Positions 16,014 through 25,651 of a stretch of 39,794 nt of DNA are shown one piece after another. Position numbers and translations under genes: made by a program. This DNA comes from a virus (lineage: Duplodnaviria; Caudoviricetes): positions 1 to 39,794 of IMG/VR virus record IMGVR_UViG_3300049023_000163. The stretch is one strand, 5' to 3'. Each line of letters starts with the position of its first letter. The stretch's first letter is position 1. The notes under the pieces were generated by a model. That model saw only the letters and a program-made list of their open reading frames with translations, made no database searches and was not told the origin of the DNA.

Positions 16014-16492
16014 GCGTCCTCTCTTTTAATGGTGGTATGTTCAGTGAAAAGTTTAGTGTGTGGACGGCGCCAAAGCTTACTGATATCTTGTTGCAGCTCA
16101 GGCATGATCAATCCGATTTCGTCGATCGACAAGTCGTTCTGCTTCCCTACTCGTGGATCATTTATGCCGACATGGTAGGTGTATCCCATTTCTTTGAGAT
16201 CGGGATCTGGTTCGCCGGCATGGATAAGCGGTTTGAATTCAGGCCATCGCCATTGATCTTTTGATTCTGGGCACATGTCCTCCACTGTGGTGAGCTTGAA
16301 AGGACGGTATGCAAATAGGCTTTGTGTTGGGAACTCTGTTCCTTCGGTGCTACGCTGGTGATCGAGCACGTACGTTCGCACCTTTTGAGGAAGCGATGAG
16401 AATGCTGAGTCTTTGGCTTGGTCGTAGCAAACGATCTTTCCAAGTCGGTTATGCTGCAGGTATGTCTCTTGTGCTTCGCGGATCGGGCTCAT
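16010..16492 (-). CDS. Hypothetical protein
   Basis: ATGA coupling. Confidence 0.7.
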   Translation of the reverse strand: MSPIREAQETYLQHNRLGKIVCYDQAKDSAFSSLPQKVRTYVLDHQRSTEGTEFPTQSLFAYRPFKLTTVEDMCPESKDQWRWPEFKPLIHAGEPDPDLKEMGYTYHVGINDPRVGKQNDLSIDEIGLIMPELQQDISKLWRRPHTKLFTEHTTIKREDA

Positions 16493-16881
16493 GGCTTTGA
16501 TGCATTACGGTGGAGGAATTGTAGTACGTCGGCGTATGCTCTTCGCATACCTTCGATATTTTCGGTGGTCATGCTGTCGAATGGATAGAACTCTGAACCA
16601 CCTTCGAGTGCGCGAAATGCTTGCGCGAGGCGTTTCTGAATGAACTTCTCTGGATCAGTTATCTCAGCCGTATGCTCTTCGACTGGTTTGTTGAAGAATA
16701 GATGGCCATAAGCGTCAACAGGTTTATAACCGAAGTTATGCTTTTTGCAAAATTCGATGATCATATTTCTTCGAGTCGGTCCATGGAACGTAGGGAACAG
16801 CTTGGTGATCTCGAAGTCATGCATTACATACTGGCCGGTGCCGCAGGCTTTGATCTCACGGGCGAGGTTTTCGAGGTTCAT
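16489..16881 (-). CDS. Hypothetical protein (start moved to MNLENL)
   Basis: ATGA coupling with 16878-17015. Confidence 0.7.
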   Translation of the reverse strand: MNLENLAREIKACGTGQYVMHDFEITKLFPTFHGPTRRNMIIEFCKKHNFGYKPVDAYGHLFFNKPVEEHTAEITDPEKFIQKRLAQAFRALEGGSEFYPFDSMTTENIEGMRRAYADVLQFLHRNASKP

Positions 16882-17015
16882 ATGCTTTGTAGTATTTCGA
16901 TGAGTTGATCTTTGTCTCCTGCCCAAATTGGATGACCGTTCTGGAAGATGAAGCACAGATCTTTTTCAGGAATTACCTGAATTGAGATCGTCTTGAACTG
17001 GAAGAAGATGGTCAT
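16878..17015 (-). CDS. Small hypothetical protein (45 aa)
   Basis: My translation MTIFFQFKTISIQVIPEKDLCFIFQNGHPIWAGDKDQLIEILQSI; fills the gap exactly. Confidence 0.55.
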   Translation of the reverse strand: MTIFFQFKTISIQVIPEKDLCFIFQNGHPIWAGDKDQLIEILQSI

Positions 17016-17016
17016 A

Positions 17017-17232
17017 TCAGTTTGATCTGTTAAAATCGATTTGAAGTTTCTTGCAGAGCTTAGCGATGTCCTCCACGCGGGATGGTCGGCAGTTAAGTGT
17101 TATCAACTTAACAGCATCGTTGAATTTCATAACCTTACGATCGCGTAGACCGATGGCTTCGAGTGCAGCCTCGAATTTCTCGACTTTGTGGTTGTCGACC
17201 AGGATGCCGATTTTAAGATCTGGTGAGCTCAT
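17017..17232 (-). CDS. Hypothetical protein
   Basis: ATGA coupling at MSSPDL. Confidence 0.65.
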   Translation of the reverse strand: MSSPDLKIGILVDNHKVEKFEAALEAIGLRDRKVMKFNDAVKLITLNCRPSRVEDIAKLCKKLQIDFNRSN

Positions 17233-17486
17233 CCTTGTCCCCAATCTATTTCCACTGTCTGATCGATCACCTTGACTTTGTAGCCCTTCAGCTCAAACTG
17301 ACTGGCGATGAAATTCAGCTGAGCTTTCGATAAGTCGATTACCGCGATGCAACATGTAAGCTCGCCTTTTGCGCATGCTTCGACGATGCGTTGCTCGATG
17401 GAGGTGATTGCGGTCTTGATCTCCGCGCTGTCCTTAAAGCCTTCCCTGGCTTTCGATGCAGCTATGTTTGCGTCTCGTGATGTCAT
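17229..17486 (-). CDS. Hypothetical protein
   Basis: ATGA coupling. Confidence 0.7.
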   Translation of the reverse strand: MTSRDANIAASKAREGFKDSAEIKTAITSIEQRIVEACAKGELTCCIAVIDLSKAQLNFIASQFELKGYKVKVIDQTVEIDWGQG

Positions 17487-17734
17487 AAAAATGCTGATGG
17501 TTTAAAGATTGTTCCGTCGATACCGGCCAACTTGAAGCATTCGCAGTTGATGGCGATGACCTCCGCGGTATCGCCTTTCTTGTGTCTGATCGCGCCGCTG
17601 ATGCCAATGAGATCATGAGCGAACGTCACAGTCTTGCCGACATACTGTTCCTCAAGGAACTGCTGACGTGCTTCCGCATACTGTTTGTAGTGGAAGAAAT
17701 CGTCGCGGTTGAATGGTGGTGTGGCGAGTATCAT
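17483..17734 (-). CDS. Hypothetical protein
   Basis: ATGA coupling. Confidence 0.7.
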   Translation of the reverse strand: MILATPPFNRDDFFHYKQYAEARQQFLEEQYVGKTVTFAHDLIGISGAIRHKKGDTAEVIAINCECFKLAGIDGTIFKPSAFL

Positions 17735-18171
17735 GGCATCACCGTCCCCCAGCGGATGTAGAATCGTTGCTTGAATATCTCTTTCTTATAGTCCCTGGGT
17801 TGCGCGCCAAGTTCGCTGATGAATCGGTATTCCTGGCGCCGGTTGAGTTGAAGCTTGCCGATCTTGAACATGCATTCGTAGGAGACAATCGGATGTTTAG
17901 GTGGACCCCAGCCCCCATCTTGCTTCTTTGCTGCTTCCTTCTTCGTCGGATCCTTCAACCAATGGTTGTAGAATCCCATGGCCCAACTGTACAGGTAGAA
18001 CATGCAGATCGCGAGCACCATCCATTGGCCGGTGGTGAATGTGTGGTAGATCCAGAACGGTTGTCCGAGTAGCCCGGCGATGTAGCCGTAGCGTCGCCAA
18101 CGATCGGTGCGGCCGACCAGCCATATGGCTGAGACGCCGAAGATGAATATCATCACTTGAGGGAATGTCAT
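17731..18171 (-). CDS. Membrane protein (3 TM, PnuC/SemiSWEET-like N terminus)
   Basis: WRRYGYIAGLLGQPFWIY...GQW hydrophobic triple helix; family call tentative. Confidence 0.6.
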   Translation of the reverse strand: MTFPQVMIFIFGVSAIWLVGRTDRWRRYGYIAGLLGQPFWIYHTFTTGQWMVLAICMFYLYSWAMGFYNHWLKDPTKKEAAKKQDGGWGPPKHPIVSYECMFKIGKLQLNRRQEYRFISELGAQPRDYKKEIFKQRFYIRWGTVMP

Positions 18172-18521
18172 GACTGTGATTTTGGTTGTGGTAATTCGCG
18201 TTTAGGTCCTTTACCGCAGATATGCTCAGGCATCTGCTTCACTTGCTCGTCGTTCTTCTCGATCTCACATGCACGGCAGGTGATTGGTCGTCCGGTTGAT
18301 TCTTCGATAAACCGTTTCACATACTTCATCGCGGTTTCCTCAGATACAGGTTCACGAGGCCCATTTGTTTCCGGGTAATAGGATTTGTTGTGATAATCTT
18401 GTGGATTGTTCTCCTGGGTTACTCTGATGATTTGATAAGATCCGCCACGGAAGTATACACTGTATAGATCCGGTTGGACGAAGATGTTGAACATGGCGTT
18501 AATGATCTCGGGTTTGTTCAT
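18168..18521 (-). CDS. Hypothetical protein
   Basis: ATGA coupling; CxxC...HxC motif. Confidence 0.65.
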   Translation of the reverse strand: MNKPEIINAMFNIFVQPDLYSVYFRGGSYQIIRVTQENNPQDYHNKSYYPETNGPREPVSEETAMKYVKRFIEESTGRPITCRACEIEKNDEQVKQMPEHICGKGPKRELPQPKSQS

Positions 18522-19477
18522 GGGTGTAGCTTTAAAAATTCATCGATCGCATAAGGTGGTTCGTCTTTCCAGTCGGAGTCCATGTATCCTTGGTCTTCGA
18601 GAAACTGGCAGAATGCTGATAGCAGATTGATCTTCGCGTTACGCTCAACAACTGCCTGTGGAAGTTGATCAGGAACGATGCGCGCAGCGACGAACATTTT
18701 CGCGCAGTTCTGTTTACACGGGCTGTCCGTCTCCTTATTCAGGCATTTTTTTGTCGGTATACAGGGGTTGATCCAAGTCCATTCGATCTTCTTATCGATC
18801 TGGTACGTGGCACCTTCGACGAGCTGAAACTTGACGGCAACTGAACGGTCTTTCGGCTTATACTTGTCACAAAGCACAAAAAAGCAATCGTTGTGATTCT
18901 CGAATGGAATGGAATCTTTGATGGATTTTTCGTAGGCGTCCTCAGCTTCCTGGAATTTACTCACCATGAAACCCTCCTTTTGCGCATCACCGAAATTCGA
19001 CCTATCGGGTTTTTCCGGAAATCCGTCTTTGTTATACCGTAGCTCACCGTTATGGTAGATGACGTTGTTCATTCGTTCGGTGTGTGCTTTGTCGATAGCA
19101 TTAAACTCCCGATCAACTTCTTCCTTCACCGGCTGAGAGACTTTCGATAATGCTGTATCAAATAGGTCCGATTTCTCTTCAACGATACGGGCGACTGTTC
19201 TAAATTTTACTCTTGGATCATTAGACACTTCGTTCATCGGACAATCTTTCCATTCAAATATTTCGGTTGTTATTCCCCATCCGCGATGTCTCTGTCTCAC
19301 CACTTCCACCTTCTCACGGATTGAATAAGTTGAGCCTTCTTCGGCGCGAAATCCGCCAGGGATAAATGCGGCGGGATGTTGATTCTGTCCGATGATAACG
19401 TACATCATGTTTTGATCTTCAAACACTATCCCGTCTTCCGTCTGGAATTGTCCTGATTTGTAGATGATCGTGGTCAT
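18518..19477 (-). CDS. Hypothetical protein with internal duplication
   Basis: 319 aa; ATGA coupling. Confidence 0.75.
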   Translation of the reverse strand: MTTIIYKSGQFQTEDGIVFEDQNMMYVIIGQNQHPAAFIPGGFRAEEGSTYSIREKVEVVRQRHRGWGITTEIFEWKDCPMNEVSNDPRVKFRTVARIVEEKSDLFDTALSKVSQPVKEEVDREFNAIDKAHTERMNNVIYHNGELRYNKDGFPEKPDRSNFGDAQKEGFMVSKFQEAEDAYEKSIKDSIPFENHNDCFFVLCDKYKPKDRSVAVKFQLVEGATYQIDKKIEWTWINPCIPTKKCLNKETDSPCKQNCAKMFVAARIVPDQLPQAVVERNAKINLLSAFCQFLEDQGYMDSDWKDEPPYAIDEFLKLHP

Positions 19478-20016
19478 GATTGTCCTTTCTTCGCTTCGTC
19501 CTCCAAGATGATCAGGTATCGATCGTATAGTTCATCGAATGACAATTCGCGGATGCCGGTCGAGGTCGTTACACACATATCGGTGGAGTTGAGCGTCGAT
19601 AGCCAGGCAGCGAAGGTGATGGCGATGATCTTCGTGTTCTTCTCCAGGAAGTTGATGCGTCCTTCGATGCGGCAACCATGTTCGGCGTTTTTCTCCGGTT
19701 CCGGATCCGCCGGCACCCCCATCTGGTCGAATCGCTTATGGACGTAGTCCTTGAACTTCCGGAGTTTTATCTCGCGATCAACAGCGTTACAGACATAACT
19801 GTAGGAAGCTGAGTAGTATGGATTATCCTTTCCAATACGTTGCTCGGCGATGGTCTTCTCTGTGTTACACATAGCTGCTACACCACAGGCGGCGAGTTGC
19901 AGGCGAAGGACTTCAACTTCTTCCATGTATTTGTCAGCTCTGTCCGAATGATACATCATCGCTTTTTTGTAGTCTGGATCTCCATCAGACTTAATTTGTT
20001 CAATTTGATTTGTCAT
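19474..20016 (-). CDS. Hypothetical phage protein (mosaic)
   Basis: ATGA coupling at MTNQIE. Confidence 0.7.
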   Translation of the reverse strand: MTNQIEQIKSDGDPDYKKAMMYHSDRADKYMEEVEVLRLQLAACGVAAMCNTEKTIAEQRIGKDNPYYSASYSYVCNAVDREIKLRKFKDYVHKRFDQMGVPADPEPEKNAEHGCRIEGRINFLEKNTKIIAITFAAWLSTLNSTDMCVTTSTGIRELSFDELYDRYLIILEDEAKKGQS

Positions 20017-20222
20017 AGTTGATAGTTTGTGCAAGTGCTTTGCGTTGTGTTTTGGTTCATCACCACCGATAGAATTTTGTCACATCGATCGGAACAGAGA
20101 TGAAATTCATGTTCGTTAAAAAATCCGACCGAATACACGTGCGCTATCCACTGACCTTTGATCCATACGGAGGTATAGCCGCAGATATCGCACTTATAGA
20201 TCGGTTCTCGGATGATCTGCAT
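20013..20222 (-). CDS. Small zinc-finger protein
   Basis: YKCDICG...HLCSDRC. Confidence 0.65.
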   Translation of the reverse strand: MQIIREPIYKCDICGYTSVWIKGQWIAHVYSVGFFNEHEFHLCSDRCDKILSVVMNQNTTQSTCTNYQL

Positions 20223-20507
20223 TTATGCTGGATCATATGTTTTCTCGAAGATGTCAGGCTTGCATGGGTAGAATTCTCCATTCACACCTTTTATGATGAA
20301 ATCCCCCGGCATGGCTTTGTGATTTCCTTCGAGTGTTTCAATGGTTAAACTTCTGATCGGAGCACCTTGACCCGCGATATACGCCGTTTCCGATTCGATC
20401 TCCGACGCAAGAGGTTTACCAACAAAGGCTTCAATTTCATCCTTGTTGATGTTGTTGTATTGAATAGCTTCAATTACCACTGGTTTCTTTCTGTACTTTC
20501 TTATCAT
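20223..20507 (-). CDS. Conserved phage protein (PGDYG-like)
   Basis: KYRKKPVVIEAIQ...TLEG...PGDFIIKGVNGEFYPCKPDIFEKTY. Confidence 0.8.
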   Translation of the reverse strand: MIRKYRKKPVVIEAIQYNNINKDEIEAFVGKPLASEIESETAYIAGQGAPIRSLTIETLEGNHKAMPGDFIIKGVNGEFYPCKPDIFEKTYDPA

Positions 20508-20712
20508 GGCTTTTTATTTGATGGTTAAGCGTTACAATCAATCGTTTCAATGGCCAGCATTCTTTGATGTGTCGGAAGTACGCGCGCTGGATCTCGCTGT
20601 ACTTCCAGCTTCGTTGCATGCCTACGGACCAGATCGCAGTGCCGCATGCTTGGCAATACAGGTAATCGCCAGAGCTGAGTCGATGTGCTTCATGGTGGTC
20701 ATGCTTCTTCAT
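20470..20712 (-). CDS. Small zinc-finger-like protein
   Basis: YCQACG...HIKEC. Confidence 0.55.
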   Translation of the reverse strand: MKKHDHHEAHRLSSGDYLYCQACGTAIWSVGMQRSWKYSEIQRAYFRHIKECWPLKRLIVTLNHQIKSHDKKVQKETSGN

Positions 20713-21163
20713 CTACTTTGAAAGCACCTTCAACTTGAAGTGATTCAAGCTTATTAATCATGGTATAACAGGCGTTATCAAAGGGTTCTCCTTTAGGAAT
20801 TGTTACCGTTTCTCGAACTTCTTTGCCATTGCCCGCGACTGTTATAAAAGCAAAATGCAACTGCTCGTCGGTAACCCATGCTAACGCGTAGCACTGCGGA
20901 TCTTTATCCATTAGCTTTTTTAGGAAATCTTTCAATGTTTTCTCTGGTTCACTGATCTGTTGTTGAATTGTCAGTGAGCGTTCGAGAAATTCATGTGCTT
21001 GTTTTCTGCCAGCTGAAAGTCTCCGTAGCGCATCTCGTTTTTTTTGCTCGATGATTGGCGATAGATATTTATCGAACATCTGTCCGAGCGATTCCTCCAT
21101 GCTCATGCTCTCGCGGTTGTCCGCGTACTCTTTGATGAAATTTTCTTTGGTGAGTGTTCTCAT
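20699..21163 (-). CDS. Hypothetical protein
   Basis: Tight operon packing. Confidence 0.7.
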   Translation of the reverse strand: MRTLTKENFIKEYADNRESMSMEESLGQMFDKYLSPIIEQKKRDALRRLSAGRKQAHEFLERSLTIQQQISEPEKTLKDFLKKLMDKDPQCYALAWVTDEQLHFAFITVAGNGKEVRETVTIPKGEPFDNACYTMINKLESLQVEGAFKVDEEA

Positions 21164-21165
21164 AG

Positions 21166-21744
21166 TTATTGTTGTTTATCAAGGGCTGCTTCGCCCCCGA
21201 CTTGTTGAAAATACTTGTAGTTGTTCGCCGCGCGCGTGTTCGCCATCTCCAACTCATGCTTCATCCGGGAGAGACGTCCGCGCAGATGTTGTTGACGCCA
21301 GGACAAGCCAATCGCCAACGTCTTGTAGAACTTGATATCAACCGGATTTTTATGAAGCAATGGCGCTGGCCGTACGATTTGCAGAGATCCTTCATCGTAG
21401 AAGATCACACCACAGTGACGAGGCATGAGCTCAGCGTCAACCATATCCACAGGTACGACGAAGAAAAAACGATTTGCCGGTAGACGTCCTGCGGCCAGCT
21501 CCACGTGCTTGTTCGTCTGCTCGGTCTTCTTCGACCAACCATTGTGTTTGTTTTTCTTAAAATCGTTCTTCAAATCAGCACGAGACACCTTTATCTCGTA
21601 CTCGGTGATCAACCCACGTTCATTGAGCTTGAATACATCCATCTCGTAGCTTCCTACATAGTAGTTGGGGATGATGATGTCACTCCCGGTACCGCGGGCG
21701 AACCTCAACAACTCCTTCTGTATGTCTGATGCCTTGACTTTCAT
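21166..21744 (-). CDS. MmcB-like PD-(D/E)xK nuclease
   Basis: EMDVF...EYEIKVSRADLKNDFKK...ANRFFFVVP. Confidence 0.75.
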   Translation of the reverse strand: MKVKASDIQKELLRFARGTGSDIIIPNYYVGSYEMDVFKLNERGLITEYEIKVSRADLKNDFKKNKHNGWSKKTEQTNKHVELAAGRLPANRFFFVVPVDMVDAELMPRHCGVIFYDEGSLQIVRPAPLLHKNPVDIKFYKTLAIGLSWRQQHLRGRLSRMKHELEMANTRAANNYKYFQQVGGEAALDKQQ

Positions 21745-21923
21745 CTGCCGTTATACTCGATCTGTGTTCTCAAAAATTTATTTCCGGACCGGTTGCCTGT
21801 GTAAGTCATCGGTGGAGTTTCGTGGAGGTTGTTCATCCAGCCTTTCCTCCGGAATACCGCGACCTTGCGTCCATCGTGGTAGACTGCAAATCCTCCTTCC
21901 TCTCGACCGTACGTGACTTTCAT
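21741..21923 (-). CDS. Hypothetical protein
   Basis: ATGA coupling. Confidence 0.55.
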   Translation of the reverse strand: MKVTYGREEGGFAVYHDGRKVAVFRRKGWMNNLHETPPMTYTGNRSGNKFLRTQIEYNGR

Positions 21924-21995
21924 CGGTTATTGGTTTTGGTTCGCAGATCGGGTTCTCTGTATTCAGCGTCTCGATACGCCCGTTCCACTTGCTTT

Positions 21996-22286
21996 TTATC
22001 CGCGGCCAGGCGTGTCGTTCGGACTGTTTTTCCTACTGGACTTATGTTTACCATGCTTCTTGTGCACATGCGACTCAACAACTTCCCGGGCGATCACATC
22101 GATGTGATGCATCTCATTCGCGCGAAGACGATGCTTCAGCGTATGTATCTGTCGCTGTGATGCCTTCACAAACTCCACCTGGAATCGATCGTCGTCGATC
22201 TCCTTCACCAGAAATTGACATCCAAGCAGATAGTGCTGTGTCTGCATGAAGTCCTCGATTTTCTGTATGCGGTTCTCTGTTTTCAT
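21996..22286 (-). CDS. Hypothetical protein
   Basis: ATGA coupling. Confidence 0.6.
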   Translation of the reverse strand: MKTENRIQKIEDFMQTQHYLLGCQFLVKEIDDDRFQVEFVKASQRQIHTLKHRLRANEMHHIDVIAREVVESHVHKKHGKHKSSRKNSPNDTPGRG

Positions 22287-22762
22287 CGGAAATCAATTAA
22301 TTGTCCTTCTGTGCCTTTCATTCCTGCGTACATCATCGCCAGCGGATGCCACGGAGTTCCATTGCTATTTTTTCCAAAGCATTTTGCCTTGGTGAATTGA
22401 TTCCGAATCTTTTTCGCGCGATACTCAGCCATAGGAAAAGCTCCCCAGCAGAAGATCACTTCATCAGAGAGATCAGCGATGATTTTCAACCATGTGTCAT
22501 TAGCACCAACAGGATCCGGGACTTCCCGAAGAAGTTCTGGATCTGATGAGACCAGGCCGAATAGGTTCGTCATATACAGTCCACCGTAGCCCAATGACTT
22601 CAATGTTGTAATGAGCCGGGTTATCGTTGCATCATCATGATCCTGGTTGGCGGTTGACGGATTGAGACCGATGCACATAGCCCGTGGCATGTCTTTCTCC
22701 CAGATACGATACAAGAGGTATCTGTACTTCTGGTCATCGGAAAATGCGGCACCTTTGATCAT
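22283..22762 (-). CDS. DUF1643 family protein
   Basis: YRYLLYRIW...IGLNPSTA...DDATI...GYGGLYMTNLF...FCWG...PWHPL. Confidence 0.88.
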   Translation of the reverse strand: MIKGAAFSDDQKYRYLLYRIWEKDMPRAMCIGLNPSTANQDHDDATITRLITTLKSLGYGGLYMTNLFGLVSSDPELLREVPDPVGANDTWLKIIADLSDEVIFCWGAFPMAEYRAKKIRNQFTKAKCFGKNSNGTPWHPLAMMYAGMKGTEGQLIDFR

Positions 22763-23022
22763 GATTGCGTGATGTTAGACTTTGGACGGAAGGTGAATTG
22801 GCGGATGTCGGCTTTCTGCAGCTTGCGGAGCCATGTCCTGTAGTAGTCCTTCGCTTGCTCTGAGTACATCTTCGCGGGATCCTCCCAGAACTGATTTCGT
22901 TCATCCATCCAAAACTCTACGCGCAAGTATGGATGCGTTGCGCTTTTACCGTTGCTCGATGTTACACCGGAACCACCGCGGTTAAATCCGGGCAATACTC
23001 CATTCATATCTTTCTTAGCCAT
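22759..23022 (-). CDS. Hypothetical protein
   Basis: Coupled. Confidence 0.65.
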   Translation of the reverse strand: MAKKDMNGVLPGFNRGGSGVTSSNGKSATHPYLRVEFWMDERNQFWEDPAKMYSEQAKDYYRTWLRKLQKADIRQFTFRPKSNITQS

Positions 23023-23254
23023 TGCGTTCAGCTTGTAGTTTTTTGAGAAAATCTGTTATTGCCTGCATGCAGTCTTGTTCAAATACAGTGTTCGCGGCCG
23101 GCATGAAACTGTATTTTCTGAATCGGTTGTACCACCGAACCTCACCAAGGAGAAATGATGGATCCTTTGCCCACACTTGAAAGATCTTCGTCTTCAGTGT
23201 CTTTGGTTCTGTAACTTCCTTAGCTACTATCCACTTTGTTTCCAGGGTTATCAT
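23015..23254 (-). CDS. Hypothetical phage protein
   Basis: LLGEVRWYNRFRKYSFMP...FEQDCM. Confidence 0.7.
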   Translation of the reverse strand: MITLETKWIVAKEVTEPKTLKTKIFQVWAKDPSFLLGEVRWYNRFRKYSFMPAANTVFEQDCMQAITDFLKKLQAERNG

Positions 23255-23529
23255 GCTGCTTTCATTTGAGTGCGACCTAATTTTTTGTTGATGATATTCA
23301 CGATGAAGTCCGGGAGTACATCATCACGGAGCGCAACGAAGTCACGCTGGCGATCGATCTGGAAGCCGAGATCATTGATTCGGTGAACCAATCGATAGAC
23401 AGTTCGCTTATCACAGCAGAGCTGATTCGCCAATGATCCAATGGTCTGGCGTCTCTTCTGCAGTATTGTTAATGCAAGGAAGATGCGTTGTTCCATTAGA
23501 GTCTTGGTGTTGGTGGCCACACGGGCCAT
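23251..23529 (-). CDS. Winged HTH (HTH_11-like) protein
   Basis: TIGSLANQLCCDKRTVYRLVHRINDLGFQI. Confidence 0.75.
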   Translation of the reverse strand: MARVATNTKTLMEQRIFLALTILQKRRQTIGSLANQLCCDKRTVYRLVHRINDLGFQIDRQRDFVALRDDVLPDFIVNIINKKLGRTQMKAA

Positions 23530-24212
23530 GGTTTCGATTCAACTTGTTCTTGATGAGATAGTATTGCCTTGAAGAGCTGAAAATTCCATTCGGCATCAAC
23601 GATTGCATTATGTTCGCCAATTGGATCGGGACAATTTTTGTCCTTCCATTGTTTGTCGAATCCACGCTCTTCCATCATCTGCTTGAGATCGATGCAGAAC
23701 ATAGGAAAGCCGGCAGGCTTCTCGATCATCACACCGAACAAGCTGCAGAACAATACCCAGTCGTAATCAGAGTAGTACCCGTAGAATACTGGGTTGCGTT
23801 CGTTGTTCATCTTGTGCAACGCTTTATAATAATCGTCCAGGAACCCGAGCCAGCTATCAAGAAGTGATTCACTTGGATCGTAGATGAACTTCAAAATTTC
23901 ACAAGCGATTTGATCAATAGTCTTACCGCGGCGCGCTTGCACATCGCGTACAGCCTGGCGATCGTATGACATGTAGCCATGCAGATTCGACAAGCTTTTC
24001 GGATACCCGTTTTCCACCATGATCGAGTACAGCACGTTCTCCTGGACCCATTCGCTTGCATCTTCAGGATCAAATTCATTGCAGATCGCATAGTATTCGC
24101 GACCATCTTCGCATTTGATGCCGATGCTGATGAGATCTATGAAGTGCCGGCGCTTGCCGAACAACGGCTTGTGAAAGCCTTCGATGAATTCCGTATCGAT
24201 GAAGTATTTCAT
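23496..24212 (-). CDS. DEDDh 3'-5' exoribonuclease (Rv2179c/DUF5051-like)
   Basis: FIDTEF...LISIGIKCEDGREYYA...YYSDYDWV...GFPMFCIDLKQ...HNAIVDA. Confidence 0.85.
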   Translation of the reverse strand: MKYFIDTEFIEGFHKPLFGKRRHFIDLISIGIKCEDGREYYAICNEFDPEDASEWVQENVLYSIMVENGYPKSLSNLHGYMSYDRQAVRDVQARRGKTIDQIACEILKFIYDPSESLLDSWLGFLDDYYKALHKMNNERNPVFYGYYSDYDWVLFCSLFGVMIEKPAGFPMFCIDLKQMMEERGFDKQWKDKNCPDPIGEHNAIVDAEWNFQLFKAILSHQEQVESKPWPVWPPTPRL

Positions 24213-24223
24213 GTGGTTGTGAT

Positions 24224-24607
24224 TTAAAATGGTAGATCGTCGTGAGTTACAGGCGTTGTGGGTTGTGCTGGTTCACGGAAATCAAAGTCCGGCGCCTCAC
24301 CGGTTTTCCTTTCAGGTTCTACCGATGGTGTTGTCTCAGGAGTAATTGGTTCTGATTCAACCTTGGTCAATTTTGCTTGTGCCTCTGTGATCAATTTTTC
24401 TATATCCCATCGATCGTACATTAATGCATTGGCAAATCGCTCGTTGTTCTCCACCATATGCGTGACCTGTGTGTCGTTTGGACCAAACACAGTGATTCGG
24501 ATTGCAAATTCCGGTACTTTAGCAAGCTGTTCTGCAGCTGCTGCGATCTGGACTAGTTGATTAAGTCGCGCGATTTCGTCTGTCAGTTCTTTGATCTTGG
24601 TATCCAT
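24224..24607 (-). CDS. Hypothetical protein with SSB-like acidic tail
   Basis: Coiled coil plus P/T/E-rich linker ending HDDLPF. Confidence 0.7.
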   Translation of the reverse strand: MDTKIKELTDEIARLNQLVQIAAAAEQLAKVPEFAIRITVFGPNDTQVTHMVENNERFANALMYDRWDIEKLITEAQAKLTKVESEPITPETTPSVEPERKTGEAPDFDFREPAQPTTPVTHDDLPF

Positions 24608-24609
24608 CC

Positions 24610-25137
24610 TTAGTATCTGAGTTTAGTCCAGTGAATAATTTTACCTGTGAAGTCGGTGGAGAACCACTTGAAGAAGTCCTCAGTGGAATCGAAGCCGTCG
24701 TTGCGCGCGAGAAGATCTATTTGTTCTGTTTCCATAATGCGACCATCGATGAACACCCGTGGTTTGATCATGCTGGTGTCAACGTATTGATATTGCTGTT
24801 CTTCAACCACTTCACCTTTGTACATGATGATCAATCGTTGCGTTGACAAGCAGGGTGTTTCAGCAAAGCACTTACGCTTCGGTGTGCGGTTGTCGTACAC
24901 GTGATGGATCCTGTTGGTCTTTGGTGGCCATCGCTCTGCAGCATCTTCGCGGATGGAGTGAAGCTTTGGATTCAGGTTCTGGTCCACAATAGCTTCAAGT
25001 TCCTTTACCGTCGGATTTAAAGTGTATGATATCGGGTTATAACCTTGATTCAGTTCTTTTATCAAGCCAGTGCAGATCTTCTCCAAGAACAACGTTGGTT
25101 TTCCCCAGGGGAACTGTTGTGAGTAGGGTAGTGTCAT
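24610..25137 (-). CDS. Hypothetical protein (ASCH/PUA-like, tentative)
   Basis: KLHSIRED...LARNDGFDSTEDFFKWF...GKIIHW. Confidence 0.65.
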   Translation of the reverse strand: MTLPYSQQFPWGKPTLFLEKICTGLIKELNQGYNPISYTLNPTVKELEAIVDQNLNPKLHSIREDAAERWPPKTNRIHHVYDNRTPKRKCFAETPCLSTQRLIIMYKGEVVEEQQYQYVDTSMIKPRVFIDGRIMETEQIDLLARNDGFDSTEDFFKWFSTDFTGKIIHWTKLRY

Positions 25138-25649
25138 ACTTTCGCGTATCGGTTAAATGCCTGGAGGAACTTTATTTTCGAGAATGGTGGATTGAAGACA
25201 TTGATCGGCTTGAACTTAGATGTCTTGCTCTGCATCATCAGCAATTCCCATTCGCGTTCCAGCTGAAGTTTGTCAATGACCTTGATCTCCGGATCCAACG
25301 GCCATGGTATATCAAACTTCTTAGCGATCACCTCCATCAGGTGCTCCTCGATCGCCTGATACTCTGGCATCCGATGTTTTATCGGTCTGGGCATATCAAG
25401 CAGATATGCCTCAGAAGCATCGTGCATTAAAGCTTGTAACTTCAATGATGGTGGAGCAGCTTCCATGCAATTCAGTGAGTGTTGCGCGACGGAAAACAAT
25501 TCCGGAAGATGACCACCGAACCGTGGTGCGAATGACAGCGCGTGCGCGATATCTTCGATGAGAATTGTGCTTGGATCCGGATCAAAGACATTCACATATT
25601 TCCCGCTTGAGGAGCGAATACAGTCGGTGGTGTAAAGATTTTCTTTCAT
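25134..25649 (-). CDS. HD-domain phosphohydrolase (YfdR/YfbR-like)
   Basis: IEDIAHALS..PRFGGH...SVAQHS...LMHDASEAYLLDMPRPIK. Confidence 0.88.
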   Translation of the reverse strand: MKENLYTTDCIRSSSGKYVNVFDPDPSTILIEDIAHALSFAPRFGGHLPELFSVAQHSLNCMEAAPPSLKLQALMHDASEAYLLDMPRPIKHRMPEYQAIEEHLMEVIAKKFDIPWPLDPEIKVIDKLQLEREWELLMMQSKTSKFKPINVFNPPFSKIKFLQAFNRYAKV

Positions 25650-25651
25650 CG

